DNA of 63,693 bases, counting the filler, from Dugesia japonica (lineage: Eukaryota): assembly GCA_001938525.1 (NCBI GenBank). It is 6 parts of 6 records of this genome, joined end to end, with 100 filler letters (N's around TTAATTAATTAA, not from the genome) between each part and the next. Parts side by side here need not be neighbours in the genome. Positions count along the whole stretch, not along the records: positions 21,159 to 31,922 come from MQRL01507852.1; positions 32,023 to 46,393 come from MQRL01512162.1; 4 more parts are not named here. The stretch is one strand, 5' to 3'. Shown piece after piece: positions 24,701 through 35,735 of the stretch. Each line of letters starts with the position of its first letter. Within the stretch, counting starts at the first letter, position 1. The position numbers and the translations under genes are program-made. The notes under the pieces were generated by a model. It worked only from the letters and a program-made list of their open reading frames with translations. It had not been told where the DNA came from and ran no database searches.

Positions 24701-27700
24701 ATTACCCGGAGATTGGAGTGATATTTGTGATAGATTCCAGAATCTTTTAATTTTGCGATGCTTACGAATGGACAAAGTTACAAATGCTATGCAGGACTTT
24801 GTATCATTTTTCCTTGGTGAAAGGTTTATTGAGCCACAAACAGCAGACTTGACATTGGTTTATAAGGATAGTTCGCCAACAACACCATTAATATTTGTCT
24901 TATCTCCAGTTTTCATTTATTCACTCAGATAATTTAATTAACATGTGTGTAGGGAACAGATCCAGCCTCAGACTTATACAAATTTGCAGATGATATGAAA
25001 TTCAGCAAGAAATTGTCGGCAATATCGTTGGGACAAGGTCAAGGTCCTAGAGCTGAAGAACTGTTAAAAAGTGCGATGGAGCGAGGGAAATGGGTTTTCT
25101 TCCAGAATTGTCATTTGGCACCCTCNNNNNNNNNNNNNNNNNNNNNNNNNNNNNNNNNNNNNNNNNNNNNNNNNNNNNNNNNNNNNNNNNNNNNNNNNNN
25201 NNNNNNATTTATATATTCTTACCCAGGTTCATAGAGATTTTAGATTGTGGTTAACAAGTATGCCTAGTCCCAAATTTCCGGTATTTATTCTCCAGAACGG
25301 TAGCAAAATGACTGTCGAACCTCCTCGTGGAATTAAAGCAAATTTATTGAAATCCTACACCAGTTTTAATGATGATATTTTAAATTCAGTAGCTAAGGTA
25401 GCATAGTGGTTGTCTATATGTACTGAAATTAATTATTTAGAATACGGAATGGCGTCATTTACTTTTGTCGTTGTGTCTTTTCCATGGTGTCTTGATTGAA
25501 CGCAAGAAATTTGGCCCCTTAGGATTCAATATACCTTATGAATTTACGGATGGNNNNNNNNNNNNNNNNNNNNNNNNNNNNNNNNNNNNNNNNNNNNNNN
25601 NNNNNNNNNNNNNNNNNNNNNNNNNNNNNNNNNNNNNNNNNNNNNNNNNNNNNNNNNNNNNNNNNNNNNNNNNNNNNNNNNNNNNNNNNNNNNNNNNNNN
25701 NNNNNNNNNNNNNNNNNNNNNNNNNNNNNNNNNNNNNNNNNNNNNNNNNNNNNNNNNNNNNNNNNNNNNNNNNNNNNNNNNNNNNNNNNNNNNNNNNNNN
25801 NNNNNNNNNNNNNNNNNNNNNNNNNNNNNNNNNNGATCATACTGTAAGTTGTTTTCATTTGAATCAATTGCATTTATTGTTCTCACGCTAGGGTTACATG
25901 GCATTCGTAAAATCTTTGCCGATTAATGACACCCCTGAGATATTCGGATTACATGACAACGCCAATATCACATTTGCTATCAACGAAACAAATAATCTAC
26001 TTGATGATCTACTGAAATTACAACCGAAAATGTCTACTGCCGGTGGAAAGTCTCGAGAAGAAATTGTCGAAGAGGTATCAAAGGATATTCTTCATGGCAT
26101 GCCGGAAATATTTAATGTTGAGGAAATATCAAAGAAGTACCCAGTTATGTATGAGCAATCAATGAATACAGTTTTGATTCAAGAGGTTATTAGGTAAGTG
26201 TTAATATTTTTCTTTTTACATTTATAGTTGATTAGACATTGCTTCCTATTAAAACGAATTTCACGTTATTTCATTGAATAAACCAAGTTTGACTACATAA
26301 ATCATTTATAATCAAAATTAAAAACAGATGAATATGAAAATATTACTGTTTCTATTAACTTTGAAATATGAAGTTAAATAAACGGTTTTTGTCTATTATT
26401 TTCTGTCCGCATTTGCTTTTAATTCACAAAATTTGCCCAAACATTCACCCTTATAAATTCCCAAGGTTTATCAATGTATATGTTTNNNNNNNNNNNNNNN
26501 NNNNNNNNNNNNNNNNNNNNNNNNNNNNNNNNNNNATTAAAAACAGATGAATATGAAAATATTACTGTTTCTATTAACTTTGAAATATGAAGTTAAATAA
26601 ACGGTTTTTTGTCTATTATTTTCTGTCCGCGTTTGCTTTTAATTCACAAAATTTGCCCAAACATTCACCCTTATAAATTCCCAAGGTTTATCAATGTATA
26701 TGTTTTCACTTCCCAGAAATAACTTNNNNNNNNNNNNNNNAAATCAATTTCACTCTTTATTCAATTATTCTTTATCCCCCTTAAAAGTTTATACCCAAAT
26801 TTTGTATCCAAATTACACTCTCGATTTTGCCTAAGATCAATTGATTCAAATTTTGTCGTTAATTTTAATCAGAATCATTTATGGTTTATTATTTTAAAAA
26901 GTAATTTCCGTGCAATCAACATCGAAACAATTAAATTTTAGTTTTGAAAATAATTATTTTTATACATTACTCTTACTCGTTAGCTTCATATTTTTTATTA
27001 ATTTATCAACGCATTATTTCTTGACGTCAAAGAAAAATTTTTGACTTCTTCAGTAAGAACCAACTTTATTCAATATAAAGTGTTCACATATATTGTTCAA
27101 TATAGTCAAGAATTATTATTAGAAAACAAGTTGTAGTAAAGAAGTCAATTTAGAGAGGTGTAACAATGTAATAGGTTTTCATTAAATTGTAANTAAATTA
27201 ATTTTTTAATTATTGCATCCACCTAGAAACTTTTTGGATTAACTTGTTTGATTTAGATACAACCGCCTGATGAATATCATTAAGTCTAGTCTGAGAGATT
27301 TATTAAAAGCCATTCAAGGTCTAGTTGTAATGTCAGAAGCATTAGAAAACATGTCTAATTCATTATATGACAACAAGGTACCCGATAATTGGGCTTCCAA
27401 AGCATATCCAAGTTTAAAGCCATTGGCATCATGGGTGATAGATCTTCATCAACGAATATTATTTATACAGACTTGGATTGATAATGGTATACCTCCAGTA
27501 TTTTGGATAAGTGGCTTCTTTTTCCCTCAAGCTTTTCTTACTGGAACACTGCAGAATTTTGCTCGAAAAAAAATTATTTCTATTGACACCATATCATTCG
27601 GTTTTCAAGTAATGAACAATTTCATAGCATTCAACTAATCAACTATTTAACTATTTAGGTAATGGTGAAAGCTTGGCCAGAAATTACAGAAACACCATCA

Positions 27701-28067
27701 GATGGCTGTTATATACGAGGCTTATTTCTAGAAGGTGCAAGATGGGATATGGGCAGAATGCAGCTGACCGAATCTCGTCCAAAAGAATTGTTCACCGAAA
27801 TGCCAGTTATATGGTTGATACCCTGCGCAAATAGATCGATTCCAACAATGGAAATATATGACTGCCCTGTATATAAAACTTTAACTAGAGCAGGTAATGT
27901 TTCTAATTGATCTCATCCATAGAATATGATCACAAATTTTTCTAGGTACTCTTTCTACAACTGGACATTCAACAAATTTCGTGTTTTCAATAGAAATCAC
28001 AACAGACAAGGAACAAAAACATTGGATTAAACGTGGAGTTGCTCTACTATGTGCCTTAAATTATTAA
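21702..28067 (+). CDS. DNAH1: Axonemal dynein heavy chain 1, 3' half (AAA4, stalk/MTBD, AAA5, AAA6, C-terminus). Exons 21702-24240, 24287-24438, 24492-24908, 24953-gap, 25227-25397, 25441-gap, gap-25843, 25892-26193, 27257-27608, 27659-27893, 27946-28067
   Basis: [88 protein letters not shown]-terminus [28 protein letters not shown] matches the DNAH1 type. All visible introns are GT-AG and in phase. Confidence 0.93.
26317..26705. repeat. Near-identical duplication either side of a gap (26317-26485 vs 26536-26705); probable assembly or haplotype artefact
   Basis: Same ~170 bp with only 1-2 differences, flanking an N-run. Confidence 0.8.
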
Positions 28068-28992
28068 TTGTGAACATAAGAGATGTGTTATATTTTGTTG
28101 AAGTTCTATAATTATAAACAAACAAAACATTTAGATGATATCAGAAAATAAATTGTTGAGTAAATTGAACTTTTAATATTAATAACGATAATTAAAATAA
28201 GTAACGCCATTTAAATTAACACTTTATTGTGATATTTCCACGAATCAATCGTCTTCATCATCGAACCAAATGAAATTATTCATCTGTATTATAGATTCAA
28301 AATTAAAAACCCATAAGAAAGAAGCCAATGTTAAATTTAAAAAATTGTTAATTGAAAGAGCTGCCTGTACATTAATGCTCACAANNNNNNNNNNNNNNNN
28401 NNNNNNNNNNNNNNNNNNNNNNNNNNNNNNNNNNNNNNNNNNNNNNNNNNNNNNNNNNNNNNNNNNNNNNNNNNNNNNNNNNNNNNNNNNNNNNNNNNNN
28501 NNNNNNNNNNNNNNNNNNNNNNNNNNNNNNNNNNNNNNNNNNNNNNNNNNNNNNNNNNNNNNNNNNNNNNNNNNNNNNNNNNNNNNNNNNNNNNNNNNNN
28601 NNNNNNNNNNNNNNNNNNNNNNNNNNNNNNNNNNNNNNNNNNNNNNNNNNNNNNNNNNNNNNNNNNNNNNNNNNNNNNNNNNNNNNNNNNNNNNNNNNNN
28701 NNNNNNNNNNNNNNNNNNNNNNNNNNNNNNNNNNNNNNNNNNNNNNNNNNNNNNNNNNNNNNNNNNNNNNNNNNNNNNNNNNNNNNNNNNNNNNNNNNNN
28801 NNNNNNNNNNNNNNNNNNNNNNNNNNNNNNNNNNNNNNNNNNNNNNNNNNNNNNNNNNNNNNNNNNNNNNNNNNNNNNNNNNNNNNNNNNNNNNNNNNNN
28901 NNNNNNNNNNNNNNNNNNNNNNNNNNNNNNNNNNNNNCACACAACAAAATTAGACTTTATTTTAATTGGTAAATGCGACCCCATATAACAAT

Positions 28993-30139
28993 TTATGCAA
29001 TCATTTCGATTGAGTTAGAATTGGAATGATAATCGATATTCAACTTGTTTGATCCATTCAAATTGTGTCGAAACGTATTCAAATTTTGTGTGAACCTAGA
29101 AAAATTAAAATATTTCTCTACAATTAAAACCGGTTTACTTGTCCCTATTACGAATACTCAAAGAACAATTGACATCTTCCATTAATTTTTCAAATGAGCT
29201 TTTCATAGTTTCAGGTGAGGCTGATGACGCGTAACACTGTTGCAAGTCTTCAAATGCCTAGAATTCATAATGAGAAAATATGAAAAATGAGAAAAACTAT
29301 GAAACTTTATTATTCAAAAGAATAAGTCCCAGTAAAGGTCGCGACATTGCCCATTGGTTTTTACATTCAGGCTGCATTAGGGCTTGGAATAGATTTTCCA
29401 TGCTTCTAGACAAAATGGTATTCAATTGACCCGTTGATAATTCCATGAGCATGCAATATTTTTCTCTGGACTCGGACTCGCGTCTGCTCAAATGCTGAGA
29501 GGTCATCAAAAAATGATCTATAGATACTCGTACATTATCACTAAGATGCAAACTAGTTGGGTTGGGATGAGATGGCTTGATAGCGTTGTTAGATACTATT
29601 TGACTTTGAGCAAGACGCAAAAGGAATGACGCTATGTTATCGAGACTAGAACAACAGCTAGATGAAACAGCGAGAGCTGTTGAAAGAAAAATGAAATCAA
29701 ATAAAATAAATCAAATTAAACTACAGGTAGATGTCAATCCATCACATATTGTGTTAACAAAATATAATATCATTTCCGGCTGTTGAGTTCCTAGCCAAAT
29801 AAGATGATCTTGGGTAAGTGAATCAGCAAGACAATAGTAAGAGCGAGCTAATTTCGGATATGCCTAACAACACATGTTTTAAAGGAGCAATAGAAAGAAA
29901 AAATTTTGTTGCTACCATCATGTCTTCCGGAGGAATACTGACCATCAATTGTAGAAATATATGCAAACATTTTTCTAGTGAATCATCTGCATATAGAGCA
30001 AATGCTCCGAGATTAACATAGTTTCCTGTTAGTAAATTACGCAAAATATCGATGCACGCTGTTGCCTCTTTTATGTAGAGCAAATACTGAGTTTTATTTG
30101 AGCGAATGGATGCAAGACGTTCGTGATTGATTTTTTCAC
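28993..30139 (-). CDS. XPO7: Exportin-7 (RanBP16/17 family), last five exons: 30139-29916, 29863-29725, 29676-29306, 29257-29139, 29095-28993
   Basis: GNYVNLGAFALYADD, YPKLARSYYCL..LTQDH, SSCCSSLDNI, CKNQWAMSRPLLGLILLN, NRDKFTQNLNTFR. GT-AG introns of 43-52 nt. Confidence 0.93.
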
Positions 30140-30521
30140 CTAAATATCAATAATATTACAACAACACATTACAAAATCTAATTGCTTTATTAACAGGAAT
30201 GGGCACATATTAGATATTGAAATAATATTCAAATACCAATCATTAATTGCTTTTATTCATACGAAACAGTAACTAAATAAACAACCAGGTACTAATAATT
30301 CCAGGTAGTTTCATTCGAATTCAGAGACACTGTTGCATATTTGCATTATTCCATTCACATTACATTAAACAAATAATTTTTGGCGAGATATACTCTGATA
30401 TCGGGACAAATGTTTATATTACACTCCGGCAATTAATTTAGTGCAGTACTAACAATAAAACATCGCACTACAGATAAGGTAGCAAGCAAAAACTATCAAC
30501 AATCGAGACTTAGAAATTTAA

Positions 30522-30885
30522 GACAAGTAATTTTTAGTTTTATTTTTTAATGTTTTATTTCTCTGTTTTCTGTTGTTATCAAGAATACTGATACAGGCCC
30601 AATCAGTTTCACTCATCTTCCTCATAATCATCTATTAAATTCTTATTCCACGATAAGACATTCGTGGAAAGTCCCAGATTCTGTTTGCCAAATTCATCGG
30701 CAAGTCTGNNTAATCAAATACAAGCTCCCCTAAGAATTCCTTATATTCAGACGTTCTCGATAACTATGACTTTTGTAAATTTCATCACGTTTAAGTATAG
30801 AAAGAATATTATACAGGAAACATTTATTATCACTGTTTTTGACGTTAACAATAGCTTGTTTCCTTACAAGATTTGCACGTGTTGG
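30522..30885. repeat. Partial duplicate (other haplotype) of the 30967-31677 element
   Basis: Same flank AACTATCAACAATCGAGAC and same element, lacking about 41 bp between the GTTTCACT / GTTTCAACT microhomologies. Confidence 0.8.
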
Positions 30886-30966
30886 NNNNNNNNNNNNNNN
30901 NNNNNNNNNNNNNNNNNNNNNNNNNNNNNNNNNNNAACTATCAACAATCGAGACTTAGAAATTTAA

Positions 30967-31677
30967 GACAAGTAATTTTTAGTTTTATTTTTTAATGTTT
31001 TATTTCTCTATTGTTATCAAGAATACTAATACAGGCCCAATTAGTTTCACTGCACCATCCTATTATATATATAGGTTCGGGTGTTTCAACTCATCTTCCT
31101 CATAATCATCTATTAAACTCTTATTCCACGATAAGACATTCGTGGAAAGTCCCGGATTCTGTTTGCCAAATTCATCGGCAAGTCTGTATAATCAAATACA
31201 AGCTCCCCTAAGAATTCCTTATATTCAGACGTTCTCGATAACTATGACTTTTGTAAATTTCATCACGTTTAAGTATAGAAAGAATATTATACAGGAAACA
31301 TTTATTATCACTGTTTTTGACGTTAACAATAGCTTGTTTCCTTACAAGATTTGCACGTGTTGGATACAACTACTTCCTGACAATCTACTTGTTTTGCTTA
31401 TTTTAGCCAATTTGAAATTTATTTCTAATATCCTGCTAAGAGTCCAGCTACTTCCTAATTCACTTATTACAACGATCTTCCCATTTAATAATTTAATCCC
31501 ATCTTCGAAAAACCTTTCACTAAGTAGTAAAGCACTATTAGATAAATGTCAAGTTTATTATATCATGATCTCTTATGAGCTCAACATGAATTCCAAACTT
31601 AATTTTTACATTGGGTCTGTATCAGTATTCTTGATAGTAACAGAGAAAAGAACATTAAAAAATAAAAATTACTTGTC
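30967..31677 (-). mobile_element. Non-autonomous TIR element (~70-bp TIRs, TTAA-flanked) carrying a Maverick pPolB N-terminal fragment; lies in an XPO7 intron
   Basis: TTAA|GACAAGTAATTTTTA..TATCAAGAATACT.ATACAG.CCCA and its inverse ending ACTTGTC|TTAA. Internal minus frames: GSSWTLSRILEINF..LSGSSCI / LVRKQAIVNVKNSDNKCFLYNIL / YKEFLGELVFD..LPM / QNPGLSTNV. Confidence 0.8.
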
Positions 31678-31922
31678 TTAAATTGTTAATAACTAATTAT
31701 ATTTGTGCTAATGTTTATAAGACTAATTTTAATTAAGAGCTTCTATCACTGGAAAGTAAGAGTATCTATAATTAAATCAGTGCAATTCTCTCACAATGAT
31801 CTCCTAATTAAAATCAAGATCACATAAACAAAAATGTCATTACAGTCGAATTGGGAGTGATACAAAATAACAGAATCGTAAATAATCTAGTGCACACCTA
31901 TAATTGAATAAATGATGATATT

Positions 31923-32022
31923 NNNNNNNNNNNNNNNNNNNNNNNNNNNNNNNNNNNNNNNNNNNNTTAATTAATTAANNNNNNNNNNNNNNNNNNNNNN
32001 NNNNNNNNNNNNNNNNNNNNNN
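31923..32022. other. Artificial scaffold linker
   Basis: 44N-TTAATTAATTAA-44N. Confidence 0.97.
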
Positions 32023-32201
32023 AAATCGTATTTCTCACATATAGACCACCATTTTTTTTATTGTGAATTACGTATATTATATTTTTAATTTTTTTTGTGT
32101 GCAATAATTTGAAGTACTTTAATTAAATTATTAAATTAATTAATTATTAATTAATTAATTAATTAATTATTAAATTAATTAATTGAAGTATTTTAATTAA
32201 A

Positions 32202-32309
32202 GTGCTCACTGGTGTACCAGGGATCTCCAAGTAAAACCCACCCGTGAGCACGCGGCCCGGTAATGTTGTAACGGAGTAACCCGCCGGTGGCCATGCGATC
32301 CTCAACGTG
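32202..32309 (-). mobile_element. GC-rich solo end of a piggyBac-like element
   Basis: Ends CTCAACGTG|TTAA (minus strand TTAA-CACGTTGAG); internal inverted repeat GTGCTCAC.GGTG/CACC.GTGAGCAC. No second terminus seen. Confidence 0.45.
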
Positions 32310-33249
32310 TTAAATTGTAAATGAATTATTTTTCATAATTTATTATTATTTCATTTTTTCCATTTTAATTATTAATTTAATATTTATTAATTATGCACAA
32401 ATAAGTTTAATAAAATTAACCTTCTGAAAGAAAATTGTTTTTTAAACTAGTTAATTGGAGATTAATATAAATCAATTGCGTTATATTTGAAAAATTAAAA
32501 TTCTTCTGGCTACTGCAGTGTCAAATCGGTCAGTAACAATTGATTTAGGTAATTGATCAGTAATTTTAAAATTATAACTAAGATTGATTTACCTACCAAT
32601 AGCAACTATTTCTATCAGATAAACAATTTTAGATTGAAGAAAAATTGAAATTTATAATTTACATAATAACCCTGGATGGTTTACCATATGCTGTGTAGTT
32701 TTAATGCGATTTTTTAAAATTTAATTTGAATTGTTTTCTGGAGACTATGGTGTCGCTGGTTTTATCGAAATTCATACCAACTCAGTACTCTCGAGATTAA
32801 GCTTAGTATATCTTCGAATTTTAGTTCAATATACTAACACTTTCTAAATTAGGCTGCATCAAAATTATTTTATGTTTAATCTAATAATTTTACAACATTC
32901 ATATTTAGAAAATACAATGATTTTTCAAGAAAAATTTACAAAGCCTAACTGGTTTTGAATATAGTAATATATTTGAAATATACTTGTTTGGATATTATAA
33001 TAAATAGTGTGTAGATGAAATAAAACTTTAGTTAACTGAATTCTTCTTAATAATATGGCGTCAAAAATATTGTTAGAAGAATTAATCGGTTAGTTAAGTG
33101 ATGAAAAATATGTTTCCCAAAATAAAAGAATAATAAAGAAGAATGAATTTCACTTGATAGTATGCATTTCCAAAATCTATTGAGTTAAAATATTGCGCAC
33201 CGTCTAAAGCATTCAACATTTCGGCTATATTAGGCAAATAAAAAACTTA

Positions 33250-33784
33250 CCTCTCTGTTATCGATTTGAGCTGTCTAAAATCTAAGTATAACCTTTATCT
33301 TTTTACACACGCAAATTAACCGTGTATTCCATTGAGAATTATACTGTCGGATCATAACGTTTTCATATACATTCTTGATGGTATCTTCTCTCAACTAGAT
33401 TCATTAGTTGAAAAAAAGGTTTTATGGTAATCGGACCTCCTTTTGTGATTATTCTATGCTACATAAGGTATGCGCATTCAATGTCCCATTTTTTAGCCGT
33501 GAATATAAACTCGGATTTGGAATTAGTAACTCCTGAGTTGAAGAGGTTAATTTCGAGAATTTTTTTTGTCGTTCATCTTTTTCTTTCTTTGCCACCGTGT
33601 TCACTGTAACGTGGTCGCCAGTTAGAACATAAGATTATTTCATAATTATTTATTTAGTTTTCATTAATAATTATTATTAAATTCTGTTTAATAATTATCA
33701 TTTTTAATTTCATTCATGAATATAACTATTTAACAAGCAAATACGTTTGAAATAATTTATGAAATAAATAATTAATTTAACTAC
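33250..33784 (-). mobile_element. Internally deleted Gypsy: LTR (~33621-33784), PBS and RT N-terminal fragment
   Basis: PBS TGGCGACCACG (33610-33620), complementary to a tRNA-Arg(UCG)-type 3' end CGUGGUCGCCA. Downstream ITKGGPI..NSQWNTRLICV..LDFRQL. Confidence 0.75.
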
Positions 33785-34842
33785 ACTTATTTCATAAATT
33801 ATTATAATGTTACTATGGTAACTAATCGAATATGACTCAATTGATGAGAGATATTTCTTTTAAAAATTAAGTAAATTGTTTGTTTAAGTCGTGAATAGAA
33901 AAAATTTAAATTAGTTATTCTTCCTGATCTACATTTATCTATGAAATGTTTTTTGAATTTTGCAGATGAGTTTTAAAAATTGAGAATTAGTTTATTTTTA
34001 CATTAAAATTATTAATTAAATATTTATTGATATAGTACTGTTTATTTATGAAATAAATAAACAGTCAAACTTATAAAACAAAACAATTTATATAAAACAA
34101 TTACAGTAAAAAAATAATATATGGATAATGTTAAATTCCATTTCTCGAAACTAAAGAATTATTTAGCTTCGAAAAATGTTACGATACTAATGTTTCCNNN
34201 NNNNNNNNNNNNNNNNNNNNNNNNNNNNNNNNNNNNNNNNNNNNNNNNNNNNNNNNNNNNNNNNNNNNNNNNNNNNNNNNNNNNNNNNNNNNNNNNNNNN
34301 NNNNNNNNNNNNNNNNNNNNNNNNNNNNNNNNNNNNNNNNNNNNNNNNNNNNNNNNNNNNNNNNNNNNNNNNNNNNNNNNNNNNNNNTAGAAAAATACAC
34401 CGGTTATTTTATATGTATGAGAAGAACTAAACTCGATAAAACTAGTGTTTGTTTTGTTATTATAGTAATATAATTCTATGTTAACATTTTTTATAAATTC
34501 AATATTTATGTGAAATTTGACCGTTTATTTATGAAATAAATTGCAGAAAATTGATCTCGAAATATAATTAAATATGAACTTTTAAATATAGAATATTTGA
34601 AACACTAAAATNNNNNNNNNNNNNNNNNNNNNNNNNNNGGAGTTACAATCTTGTAAAATCAGTCTTAAATATTACCATTTCTACAATTAAATATTTGATT
34701 TGCCAGTGTATTTATTCGTTAAAAAAGGTTTAACAATCAGTAATTGGAGTACTTCATCAAACATACGTTATTTAACAAAATAATCAAAGAAAAATGGCAT
34801 TTTTTAAATAAAAACTATGAAACACCATTTCAAGATATATTT

Positions 34843-34887
34843 CTGTACTAAATTTTTCGACAGAATATCTGTCATTTTCGGGTTCAA
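34843..34887 (-). ncRNA. Decayed minimal type I hammerhead ribozyme at the 3' end of a Penelope-like element
   Basis: TTGAAC-CCGAAAA-T-GACAGA-TAT-TCTGTC-GAA-A-AATT-T-A-GTACAG. Perfect stem II, palindromic minimal stem III, 5/6 stem I; core CUGANGA mutated at U4 and G8. Confidence 0.6.
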
Positions 34888-35019
34888 TATTTAATCCATT
34901 CATATTAATCAATTCATATGTATATATTAAAAGTTCTGATCATATAATCAATTATGCAATCTCTTCAATAAATCAAATTAATTAAAATTCATTCAATAAA
35001 GATTTAGAAAAACCAGTTT

Positions 35020-35320
35020 GAACAGTAATTTTTGGATTAATTCATCTAATCGTTAATGTTTAAAACATGACTCTTCCAATAATCTATAAAAGATTTTGCA
35101 CAAAATCATAAAATTATTTATACTGATAACTGATTTGCAATTAATATTATGTTCAGCAATATTACTTCCACTACCAACTCGACGATACTCCTGAATTCTT
35201 GTACTTCTTGCAGGGGAACTCTCTTCAATCTATGTGATATTACACCCATGACATTCATATTTATAAACAAGATCAGTACGACAGGATTAAAGAACAGTAG
35301 TTTTCTTCTTCCCGCTTCAT
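35020..35320 (-). mobile_element. Penelope-like element GIY-YIG endonuclease fragment
   Basis: RTDLVYKYECHGCNIT*IEESS..STRIQEYRR..SNIAEH...C, matching PLE VYxxxCxxCxxxYIGxTxRxxxxRxxEH. Confidence 0.8.
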
Positions 35321-35329
35321 ATTTGAAGT

Positions 35330-35735
35330 CTTGTGCTAATATTAAAAGATTAACTTCTTTACTAAATAAAAATGGTTATTCTAAATCAATTGTGGAGAAA
35401 TTAAATCGTGAAACAATTAATAAGATCGATTTTNAATACAATAATGAAATAAAGTATGTCAATATAAATGGTAATAATAATTTAAATTGTGAAAGTATTA
35501 TCAAAGACCCAGATAAGATAGTTAAGTTTAGTTACGTATTACCTATTCCGTATTTGAGAGGATTTAAACAATTTAAGATTAGGTTGTTAAAATATAGAAA
35601 TTACTCTTTGAATTTGAAAATTTTTTCGCAATCATTTAAATAAGATGTTTAATAATAAGTCTAAAACACCAATTCAATTGAGTTCTGATCTTGTTTATAA
35701 ATATGAATATAATGGATGTAATGCCACTTAAGTCG
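35330..35735 (+). mobile_element. Penelope-like element, RT C-terminus/linker to start of GIY-YIG
   Basis: LLNKNGYSKSIV, LPIPYLRG, KSKTPIQLSSDLVYKYEYNGCNAT; truncated by a Maverick terminus. Confidence 0.8.

Noticed and set aside
28938-28984. ATG 9 nt after the XPO7 stop as an operon-like downstream gene
   Set aside because: Followed by ATTAAA/AATAAA; more simply XPO7 3' UTR.
31142-31681. 179-aa plus-strand ORF (and 30664-30966)
   Set aside because: Antisense shadow of the pPolB fragment; the recognisable motifs are on the minus strand.
35149-35643. 164-aa ORF as a real gene
   Set aside because: Chimeric frame: the first third is antisense to one PLE and the rest is sense to another.
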